Shown: piece by piece, positions 26,238 to 33,295 of the stretch | How the letters are laid out: each line of letters opens with the position of its first letter | How positions within the stretch are numbered: position 1 is the first letter of the stretch | NCBI GenBank assembly: GCA_964361695.1 | Contig: CAYIBQ010000002.1 | Span: forward strand, 1 to 50,130 | Source: an uncultured Candidatus Saccharibacteria bacterium | GTDB lineage: Bacteria; Patescibacteriota; Minisyncoccia; Sungbacterales; HO2-52-23 | DNA: 50,130 bases | Reading direction: 5' to 3' | Program-made: the position numbers and the translations under genes | The notes under the pieces: model-generated | Told to the model about the DNA's origin: nothing | What the model saw: the letters and a program-made list of their open reading frames with translations, nothing else | The model's database searches: none

Positions 26238-26464
26238 AGTTCGGAGAAGGAAGTGTCTGCTTTTTTATCCGCCATATGGGCGACGAACAGGAAGATAACC
26301 GTCATGGTAATACCTCCAAGAAAAACAAACCATGGAAATTCGTGAAATGCGGTGCTCGGGATAAAAGCGCCGATGACCAACGAGCCAAAAACAATCTTTG
26401 CGCCGTCAAGAAAAAAGTTTGCAATGATGCGGGCTGGTGATGCGGTACGCATAGAGCATAGCAT
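26234..26464 (-). CDS. Hypothetical small membrane protein (two TM)
   Basis: 76 aa with hydrophobic segments IVFGSLVIGAFIP and WFVFLGGITMTVIFLFVA. Confidence 0.45.
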   Translation of the reverse strand: MLCSMRTASPARIIANFFLDGAKIVFGSLVIGAFIPSTAFHEFPWFVFLGGITMTVIFLFVAHMADKKADTSFSEL

Positions 26465-26522
26465 ATAGTGAACTGCCTTAGTATAGCATACTGCAATACA
26501 CCGTCAATAACGCGAGAAACAA

Positions 26523-27032
26523 TTACCGTACCATGCGATACCGCAGAAGCACGACGTGGGGATTGAGATTTTTTGTTTCAATGAGTTCAAGCGCAAAATC
26601 ACGCGCCATGTCGGCAAACAAATTTACGCCTGAACCGAATATTTTCGGCTCTATCGTAATAGCCAGTTCGTCACAGAGATGCGCTTCCATGAATTGCGCG
26701 AATATTTTTGCGCCGCCTGTTACGGCGATCTGCTCGAATCCCCGATTTTTCAAGTTCTCCACCAACGCCGCAGGCGATGCGTCCGTAAACTCCAAAAGCC
26801 CATCCTGATTTTTGGAAGCATCAGGTGTCCGCGTCATCACCACATTCAGGCGTCCGGGGAGAGGGCGTCCAATCGTGCGATATGTCGCCCCGCCCATGAT
26901 CATCACCCCGCATTTTTTCGTCTCTTCATTAAAAAACCGCTTGTCCTCCTTGCTCGTCCAGTCCACCAGTTCATCCGACGCATGGGCGATCTTGCCATTC
27001 ACGGTCATTGCCGCAAAAAAGATGATTTTCAT
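26523..27032 (-). CDS. Dihydrofolate reductase family protein (RibD C-terminal / DHFR fold)
   Basis: 169 aa with MKIIFFAAMTVNGKIA..IMGGATYRTIGRPLPGRLNVVMTR, which is a DHFR-fold pattern. Confidence 0.75.
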   Translation of the reverse strand: MKIIFFAAMTVNGKIAHASDELVDWTSKEDKRFFNEETKKCGVMIMGGATYRTIGRPLPGRLNVVMTRTPDASKNQDGLLEFTDASPAALVENLKNRGFEQIAVTGGAKIFAQFMEAHLCDELAITIEPKIFGSGVNLFADMARDFALELIETKNLNPHVVLLRYRMVR

Positions 27033-27165
27033 AGCTGTATGATTGCATGATTGGATGTTTTTTTCAAGAAACGATATTTACTATTCTTGCCATACCGCCT
27101 TTTGTCGCCTATGCTCGGCATACGTTCTTTCCATAATCAACCCGCTCGCACAGAAAGGATAGCCC

Positions 27166-28185
27166 ATGAGGATGTCACCCTGGATAATTATCGCCGCGAC
27201 GCTCTACTTCGCCTACAACATAGTGGTTGTGTCGGCGATGCTCCAAGAAGCCGTGCAAACATCGTGGCGCAAAAGCGGCTGCACGGTAGCGCGTGTGATA
27301 AGCGCGTTCTTTGTCGCCCTGCCGCTTCATACCACGATTATCTTTGTTGCATGGATCCTGCCGCTATGGTTCCCTCACAGATTCAAAGTGAGCGGAGAAA
27401 GGATTCGCCGAAAAGAATGCTTTGACGTGATACCTGTCACTGCCGAACATGGGGGCATATTCTCATACTACCAGCCGCGGCTGTCCGGCAAGATGCCAGC
27501 AGTCATTATCCTGCCGATTTTCGGCAGAGACAATTACCAGCTGGAACGGTACTTTGCCCGTTATTTTGCGGGACGCGGTCTTGCGGCCATCGTGGTACAC
27601 CGCGGAAAGGAAGAGGTGATCGGCGATGAAAGAATGTTTAATATTTTTCTTTTCCGATCTGTTATGGAGGGAATCTCTGTAGTCAACTGGGCACAAGCGC
27701 ATCCGGCGATCAGTGCAGACCGCATCGCCATTTTCGGCATCAGCATGGGAGCCATCCGCGGGGCACTTCTCGCGGCCGTTGACCAGCGGATTGCGGTAAC
27801 AGTCCTCGGCCTCGCAGGCGGCGACCTACCGTACATCATCCGGCACTGCCAGGACGGCGCATGGCGAGGTAGGGGAATCAGCGCGCGACGCGCCACATAC
27901 CTAAAAGAAAAGCGCATCACACCCGAGGTATTTGAGAGGCGACTGCGCAAGCATATTGTATGGGATCCTTTGAGATTTGCGCAGTTTGCCGATCCCGACA
28001 AAATTCTTTTGATCCTAGCCGCGTTTGACCGAGTGATCCATTTTAAAAAAGGCCTCCTGTTGCGGCGCGCGATGAAAAAACCGAAAACCGTCATATTGCC
28101 GAGTGGACACTACACCGCCATGCTCTATCTCCCCCTTGTTCGATGGATTGCCTGGAGATTCATCAAGAAAAAACTCCGGCAGTAG
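27166..28185 (+). CDS. Membrane-anchored alpha/beta hydrolase
   Basis: 339 aa with N-terminal TM helices and the nucleophile elbow GISMG. Confidence 0.7.
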   Translation: MRMSPWIIIAATLYFAYNIVVVSAMLQEAVQTSWRKSGCTVARVISAFFVALPLHTTIIFVAWILPLWFPHRFKVSGERIRRKECFDVIPVTAEHGGIFSYYQPRLSGKMPAVIILPIFGRDNYQLERYFARYFAGRGLAAIVVHRGKEEVIGDERMFNIFLFRSVMEGISVVNWAQAHPAISADRIAIFGISMGAIRGALLAAVDQRIAVTVLGLAGGDLPYIIRHCQDGAWRGRGISARRATYLKEKRITPEVFERRLRKHIVWDPLRFAQFADPDKILLILAAFDRVIHFKKGLLLRRAMKKPKTVILPSGHYTAMLYLPLVRWIAWRFIKKKLRQ

Positions 28186-28197
28186 TCCTCTTTCAAC

Positions 28198-28222
28198 GCC
28201 ATCCCTTTGGGATGGCTTTTCT
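28198..28222 (+). terminator. Intrinsic terminator after the alpha/beta hydrolase gene
   Basis: 8-bp stem GCCATCCC/GGGATGGC with a 3-nt loop, followed by TTTTCTAT. Confidence 0.7.
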
Positions 28223-28266
28223 ATAACGGGATTGACCCGACCTGTGGTGTATGAAAGAATACGCGC

Positions 28267-29154
28267 ATGAAGCTATATGCCGAGCGGACGCCGGACGCGC
28301 AGTACCAGAATCTACTGCGTAAGATATATAAAGAAGGCACGGACGTGACGCCTATTCACGGCGAAAAAGCGCGTATGCTCGTGGGACAGCAGTTGCGTTA
28401 CCCACTCGCCAACGGATTTCCCGTCATCACCGAACGTGATCTTTCGGGCGCGATGTTCACCGGCGCTCTGGCAGAGCATATTGCATTTCTCAATGGCGCA
28501 CGCACGCAAAAAGAACTGGAAGCATTTGGATGCAAATGGTGGAAGCCGTGGGTGACCAAAGAAAAGTGCGACATCTTCGGCCTACCTGAAGGAGACCTCG
28601 GCGACGGCTCGTACGGCGCGGCATGGGCGTCTTTTCCCACCCGTGAAGGCATGCCGTTTAATCAGATAAAAAATCTGGTACAACAAATCAGAGAACGGCC
28701 GTATCTGCGAACGCATTTTATCTCGCCGTGGATTCCGCAGTACGCGCTTCAGCACTCGCAACTGCGGCGCAAAGTCGTCGTAGCCCCATGCCACGGATGG
28801 ATCCACGTGCTCGCATTTCCCGAGACCAAAGAACTTTCCATTCACCACTTCCAGAGAAGCGCCGATTTTCCCGTCGGCGTACCGTTCAACATGATCCAAT
28901 ACGCGGCATTTGGCATGATGCTGGGACACATCATCGGATATTCACTCAAAGAAGTCGTGTACACATTTTCCGACATCCATATATATGAAAGCCAGTACGA
29001 CAAAGTAAAAGAATTGCTCGCCCGCGAGCCGCGGCGTCTGCCGACAGTGGCGCTCGCATCCCCGCCCGATGACATTTTTGCATTCCGCCCCGAGCATTTT
29101 ACGCTCTCCGACTACGAGCCCCACGCCAAAATGTTTATCCCCACACCCGTATGA
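28267..29154 (+). CDS. thyA: Thymidylate synthase (ThyA family, divergent)
   Basis: Nucleophile motif APCHGW and FPVGVPFNMIQYA (the Asn is conserved). 295 aa, longer and more divergent than E. coli ThyA. Confidence 0.85.
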   Translation: MKLYAERTPDAQYQNLLRKIYKEGTDVTPIHGEKARMLVGQQLRYPLANGFPVITERDLSGAMFTGALAEHIAFLNGARTQKELEAFGCKWWKPWVTKEKCDIFGLPEGDLGDGSYGAAWASFPTREGMPFNQIKNLVQQIRERPYLRTHFISPWIPQYALQHSQLRRKVVVAPCHGWIHVLAFPETKELSIHHFQRSADFPVGVPFNMIQYAAFGMMLGHIIGYSLKEVVYTFSDIHIYESQYDKVKELLAREPRRLPTVALASPPDDIFAFRPEHFTLSDYEPHAKMFIPTPV

Positions 29155-29600
29155 CCAGACGCTTTGTAGATCCCCGCAACACCCGGCACCGTCCTGACAG
29201 CACCTATCCCAACGTCATCAAAAAAATCCAGCAGGACGGCGTGTGTCCGTTTTGTCCGGAGTATCTGAAGAAATATCACCTGCGGCCGATCATCAGAGAC
29301 GGTGTCCATTGGACGCTTACTGATAATATGTACCCGTACAAAGGTGCTAAACACCATCTTCTTTTCATACACAAAAAACATATTGAACGGCTTTCTGACA
29401 TTTCTCCGGCGGGATGGACTGAACTACACGATCTCGCGATGTTCGCCACAAAAAAGAGACGAATAAAAGGCGGAGCGCTTGCCATGCGCTTTGGCGATAC
29501 TGTCTATACTGGCGCATCAGTGGCGCACCTGCACGCCCAGATCATCAGCAAGGACATGACGGAGAAAAATCCCAATCCTGTCCTATTTCGGGTGGGATAA
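29151..29600 (+). CDS. HIT-superfamily protein of the GalT/Ap4A-phosphorylase branch (HxHxQ)
   Basis: Has CPFCPE and HLHAQII (H-x-H-x-Q rather than H-x-H-x-H). Its start overlaps the thyA stop as ATGA. Confidence 0.7.
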   Translation: MTRRFVDPRNTRHRPDSTYPNVIKKIQQDGVCPFCPEYLKKYHLRPIIRDGVHWTLTDNMYPYKGAKHHLLFIHKKHIERLSDISPAGWTELHDLAMFATKKRRIKGGALAMRFGDTVYTGASVAHLHAQIISKDMTEKNPNPVLFRVG

Positions 29601-29605
29601 AAAAT

Positions 29606-29629
29606 GCCGCCGTCTTTCACGACGGCGGC
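29606..29629. terminator. Bidirectional intrinsic terminator between convergent genes
   Basis: 9-bp GC stem GCCGCCGTC/GACGGCGGC with a 6-nt loop, flanked by AAAAAAT on one side and TCGTTTTGC on the other. Confidence 0.65.
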
Positions 29630-29638
29630 TCGTTTTGC

Positions 29639-29911
29639 TTACGCGCTTTTTATATCGCTCATGATGGTGCGGCGCCACAAGCAATATCCAAAATCATGTG
29701 CCACGATGACAAATGAATACCGGAGAATGAGATCGTATTTCTGCGGATCTTCTCCGGAGAGAAGTATCTCATACCGTTTGCGGTCTATACTGTCCATCAT
29801 CGCTTCGAGGCGATCAAGCCCCAGCGGGTGGACGTAGAAATCAGGCATTTGTTCGTAGCTCGCAGAAGTCGCCTGACGCACAGTAAGAATATGGCCGATG
29901 ATTGCATCCAT
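29639..29911 (-). CDS. Hypothetical protein (90 aa)
   Basis: Start set at MDAIIGH (29911), preceded by GAGGAG plus 7 nt. The longer ORF would run through the upstream terminator-like hairpin. No family recognised. Confidence 0.45.
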   Translation of the reverse strand: MDAIIGHILTVRQATSASYEQMPDFYVHPLGLDRLEAMMDSIDRKRYEILLSGEDPQKYDLILRYSFVIVAHDFGYCLWRRTIMSDIKSA

Positions 29912-29940
29912 CGCAATACTCCTCGCGTTGTAAAAGTGCA

Positions 29941-30143
29941 AACAAAAAACCCATGCGTCCGGCATAGGGTTACTGCTGAAAAATCAGCGGGTGTCTTGCT
30001 CGGACGCGCGTGGGAAGCCATGAGCTTCGCATAGGGAGGTCCGGACTTATCCCGATCCGCCAGTTGGCGGAGGGACATACCGTTGCGGCACAGTGCAGGC
30101 ATTTAACCTGCTTCACTCCATAACCACGTAGATTTTCAAGTAT
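29941..30143 (-). ncRNA. Candidate structured ncRNA (RNase P catalytic-domain-like motifs; alternatively a cis-regulatory leader)
   Basis: It has its own promoter (30148-30176). The sequence is GC-rich and non-coding, with at least 4 hairpins and a terminal hairpin plus T6. The segment GGCGGAUCGGGAUAAGUCCGGACCUCCCUAU and the segment CCGAGCAAGAC resemble M1 RNA P3/J3-4/P4/P5 and J5/15 respectively. The class is unverified. Confidence 0.4.
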
Positions 30144-30147
30144 TGAG

Positions 30148-30176
30148 ATATTATCTCTAAACAATACTCCCGTCAA
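30148..30176 (-). promoter_or_regulatory. Sigma70-like promoter for the candidate ncRNA
   Basis: On the minus strand: TTGACG, 17-nt spacer, TAATAT. The -35 box overlaps the stop codon of the hicB-like gene. Confidence 0.5.
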
Positions 30177-30439
30177 TAGGATTCCTGTCCTATCACAAGA
30201 GGCGGAATAAAAGCCGTATCTTTCTTGCCCCAACCCAAACCGGCAAGAACTTCTTCAAGTGTTCCTTTCTTATGCAACTCTTCTAATAGTAGTATTGCGG
30301 CTTCGCCAAAGAGTTGCCGCGCTTCCGTAAGCGTCTTGCCGCACGCAGACAAATCCAAAACCGGAGAATAAGCGATAAATTGCTTATCTTCCTTTAAAAA
30401 GGCGACGGGTAGCTGAAGCTGTGCGCTTACTTTCGACAT
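30173..30439 (-). CDS. Orphan HicB-like antitoxin (no adjacent HicA)
   Basis: 88 aa with FIAYSPVLDLSACGKTLTEARQLFGEAAILLLEELHKKGTLEEVL, parallel to the ORF at 18876-19157. Confidence 0.6.
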   Translation of the reverse strand: MSKVSAQLQLPVAFLKEDKQFIAYSPVLDLSACGKTLTEARQLFGEAAILLLEELHKKGTLEEVLAGLGWGKKDTAFIPPLVIGQESY

Positions 30440-30464
30440 ATATCCTATATCCCATGACAGTAGT

Positions 30465-30647
30465 TTACAGACTCTTTTTTACTACAACGATCGGAGATCT
30501 GATGCGATATGGTTCCTTTTTTGTCACTAGGATCTCTCGCACTGCTGAACGGCTTTGGACAATTGCGTTCCGTATACGTTCAAAGGCATCTGCCCGCTCC
30601 TTCAATTCTATAAGAAAATCTGGTTTTTTCTCTATTCTATTAAACAT
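30465..30647 (-). CDS. Hypothetical 60-aa protein
   Basis: ORF lying between the protease and the hicB-like gene. No clear SD and no family recognised. Confidence 0.25.
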   Translation of the reverse strand: MFNRIEKKPDFLIELKERADAFERIRNAIVQSRSAVREILVTKKEPYRIRSPIVVVKKSL

Positions 30648-30657
30648 AAAGCTTGGG

Positions 30658-31638
30658 TTAGTTTCTATTATCAGCAGACATTGGCGTGGAAAATGGTACC
30701 GTTTCTTGCTCTATACTACGAACAGGGAACGCACCTATAGGTATAGGGTTTGATGAGATCAGTGACGGCTCAAAGAGTTTTATTCTTACGGGTATCTTTT
30801 GCGATTCCAAAGATATGCCCAGACGTTCAGTAACTCTCTCGAGATCCCCCTGAGGAGCTTCAACACTAAAACCAAGTTGAGAGATCTCCTCTCTATCTAT
30901 AATAAATTCATGTGAGGGATAATCATAAACCAGCTTATGAATAACGGGGTCTGCCCTTGTTTTTTCCCAACCCATATAACGTTCGAGAATACGCATGCCA
31001 TATTGTTTAGCAACGTCTAAAGAACGGGCAGCCTCAGTGATAGTCTTAGGGTCAATCTGATTATATAGACATTCGCTCGTACTTCCAGCGAACTTAATAC
31101 CGAGTTCAACGATATCTCGCAGCCGCATCCCACTTTCAGAAGTTCGAGCAAGAAACAGCAACACCACATTATCTACGCTTTCTAAAGCATGTGCTTGAAT
31201 CTGCTCAAGTGCTTTATAACGATTAAGTGCTGATTTATAAGTAGCGACATCCCCTTCTTGTGATTCTTTAATCTGGACATCGAGTGGTCCCAATTCAGCA
31301 ATTGTCGTTAAGACGAGAGTTTCAGCAGCGAGACATATAAGTGTGCCTGCACTTTTGGCGTATGCCGGCACGATGATGTTTACTCTTTTTGCATGTCTGC
31401 GGAGTAATTTTACGATTTTATACGCGGACTCTATACTACCACCAGTGGTATGAAGCACTAAATCAAGTACGGGGAACTCTTTATCTTGTAATTCATTGGA
31501 GATCGTTATGGTCGCAGTAGGATTAATCTCGTCGTTCAAAAATAATAATGGATTTTTTCTAAGTGCTATAAGGGATTGTATGTCTTCCAAGTACATACCC
31601 CTCAACAAGACATGATCAAGCTTTTCATTCATAGCCAT
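30658..31638 (-). CDS. SDH-family (serine dehydrogenase proteinase) Clp-fold serine protease
   Basis: 326 aa with VLHTTGGSIESAYKIVKLL..PAYAKSAGTLICLAA, typical of the ClpP/SppA-like SDH family. The locus looks AT-richer than its surroundings by eye. Confidence 0.7.
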   Translation of the reverse strand: MAMNEKLDHVLLRGMYLEDIQSLIALRKNPLLFLNDEINPTATITISNELQDKEFPVLDLVLHTTGGSIESAYKIVKLLRRHAKRVNIIVPAYAKSAGTLICLAAETLVLTTIAELGPLDVQIKESQEGDVATYKSALNRYKALEQIQAHALESVDNVVLLFLARTSESGMRLRDIVELGIKFAGSTSECLYNQIDPKTITEAARSLDVAKQYGMRILERYMGWEKTRADPVIHKLVYDYPSHEFIIDREEISQLGFSVEAPQGDLERVTERLGISLESQKIPVRIKLFEPSLISSNPIPIGAFPVRSIEQETVPFSTPMSADNRN

Positions 31639-31665
31639 AAGAATATGGTAACAGAAAGTCTAAAG

Positions 31666-32511
31666 TCAACGCAAGCCCCGTACGAAAACGATTTCCACGC
31701 CTGCGGCTTTTAATACGTCTTCGGCGTCTAGGAGGGAGTATCCTTTTGAGTAGTATACTTTCTTGATGCCTGCGGCGGCGATGGATTTGGCGCATACGGG
31801 GCATGGGAATGTCGTCACATAGAGCGATGCGCCTTCAAGCGCAATGCCACGGCGCGCTGCTTCGGCGATGACTGCGGCTTCGGCGTGGATGGCTTTGGAT
31901 ACTTCAAAACCAATGCCCGCGTCAAAATTGCTCCGCGGATCGCCGAATGGCCCGAATGTATAGTCCTTTGATGGCACAGGTCTGTTGAAACCCGTGAGTA
32001 ATATTTTACCGTCTCGTACCGCAATCGCCCCTATCTGCCGCCACCAGTCGGGGCTTTTTTCGGCTTCCCTGAATGCCTTGCCCATTATTTCTCTGTCCGC
32101 CTCATCCTGCGAGATCACGCGATCCGGAGGCACTTCTATTTCTTTGGTTGAGATTTGTTTGTCCCAGCGCAAGAACACGGAGATGAACTGCACATCTTTG
32201 CCTTTGAGATGCACCTCCGCAAAATGGCGGTTTACATCTTCATCAGGCATCACGATGGTATCGGCGCTCTCCTGCACGACTGGCAAAACCGCGCGATCAA
32301 GCACGATAATTTTCTCAAAGATTCTCAGCCCTTCAAGCAGAGATTTCATCTCCGCGGGTGCTAACGCGCGGATATCCCGCTCCATGCGCGGGACTTCGCG
32401 TACCAGGTCTTCGCTCAATATATAGAGCGTCCCGCCGGAGTATTTTTTGAAAAAATCCACATATCCCTTGTGGATTGCCGGGATGTAGGAGATAACGGCA
32501 TGGTGCATCAT
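31666..32511 (-). CDS. dCMP/cytidine deaminase domain protein with an uncharacterised ~135-aa N-terminal domain
   Basis: C-terminal zinc motifs HAEAAVI and PCPVCAKSI. The N-terminal domain was not recognised. Confidence 0.8.
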   Translation of the reverse strand: MMHHAVISYIPAIHKGYVDFFKKYSGGTLYILSEDLVREVPRMERDIRALAPAEMKSLLEGLRIFEKIIVLDRAVLPVVQESADTIVMPDEDVNRHFAEVHLKGKDVQFISVFLRWDKQISTKEIEVPPDRVISQDEADREIMGKAFREAEKSPDWWRQIGAIAVRDGKILLTGFNRPVPSKDYTFGPFGDPRSNFDAGIGFEVSKAIHAEAAVIAEAARRGIALEGASLYVTTFPCPVCAKSIAAAGIKKVYYSKGYSLLDAEDVLKAAGVEIVFVRGLR

Positions 32512-33110
32512 GTGGTTCTGATTTTGTTTATGAAGTCCTTGGTCAATTTGTCCACTTCGCGGGCGAGCTGTTCCACGCCTTCAATGGTCAGGTTGCGTAT
32601 GCGCGCGCTGGTGTGCGTGGTTGCCTGGGGTGGTAACGTAACAATCTTGTCGCAAAAAGCACCGTAGGCGCCTGTTTTGAGATCGTCTTTGAAATCGGTG
32701 GTGCTGGATGAGGTGACGAGCACATGCGGCCGCACCAGGCGGATGAGGTGCCCGATGTCATGCTGTACCCCGCGCACGGTGACGATGTCCACATGCCGGA
32801 GATGGATGAGCATCTGGATGCGCTCGCGCTCGGGCACAATGGGACGATTGGGGCCTTTGCGCAGGCGTGTCAACGCGTCTGAATCAAGTCCTACCACCAG
32901 TATATCGCCGAGTGATTTGGCGGCTTCCAGATATTTGGCGTGTCCCTCGTGGATGAGGTCCCACACGCCTTGCGTGAGCACGATCTTTTTTCCCTTTTTC
33001 TTCAGCTGTCCGACCGTGCGCTCCAGTGATTTGAAATCACGGATGAGGCGGTGATCGGAGTGGATCTTGGGTGCCAAGATGGAAGCGATACGGGATGCGG
33101 GTGTCGGCAT
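32508..33110 (-). CDS. Cytidylyltransferase-family nucleotidyltransferase (RfaE-II/TagD-like)
   Basis: HxGH motif WDLIHEGH and a C-terminal TTHTSARIR (ISxTxIR-like) motif. Overlaps the downstream deaminase gene by 4 nt. Confidence 0.75.
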   Translation of the reverse strand: MPTPASRIASILAPKIHSDHRLIRDFKSLERTVGQLKKKGKKIVLTQGVWDLIHEGHAKYLEAAKSLGDILVVGLDSDALTRLRKGPNRPIVPERERIQMLIHLRHVDIVTVRGVQHDIGHLIRLVRPHVLVTSSSTTDFKDDLKTGAYGAFCDKIVTLPPQATTHTSARIRNLTIEGVEQLAREVDKLTKDFINKIRTT

Positions 33111-33119
33111 AGTGGTGTT

Positions 33120-33282
33120 GAGATGGTTACAAGACCCTTTATTCTACTGCACACGCAGAAATCCGGCTGCGGCTTCGTCCGTCCTCCTCGGCGTACTTTC
33201 CCCAAGTACGCCTTCGTCGTCCGTCCTCGCCTCGCTCGGATTTCTGCGTGTTCGCTACGAAACAGGGTTTTGTAACCATCTC
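33120..33282. repeat. 163-nt compound palindromic element filling the tsaC / cytidylyltransferase intergenic region
   Basis: The outer arms GAGATGGTTACAA/TTGTAACCATCTC and the inner arms ACGCAGAAATCCG/CGGATTTCTGCGT are perfect. There is an apical 9-bp hairpin GGCGTACTT/AAGTACGCC, flanked by two CT-rich loops that share CGTCCGTCCTC. Confidence 0.7.
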
Positions 33283-33295
33283 GTCATTATTCCCC

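Noticed and set aside
29941-30143. SRP (4.5S) RNA, 6S RNA, tmRNA, T-box, ZTP and THF riboswitch as identities for the structured RNA.
   Set aside because: There is no GGAA/GNRA-capped domain IV motif (..GGUCCGGAAGGAAGCAGC..). There is no single long 6S-like hairpin with a central bubble. It is too short for tmRNA or a T-box. CCGCCAACUGGCGG is a simple hairpin rather than the ZTP pseudoknot pair. These judgements were made by eye only and should be confirmed with covariance models.
29797-30233. ORFs of 101 aa (29797-30102) and 87 aa (29970-30233) across the candidate ncRNA region.
   Set aside because: Both have Arg/Cys/Pro-rich translations. They run through a hairpin plus T-tract and into the next gene out of frame, and they have no SD. 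The region is better explained as structured RNA.
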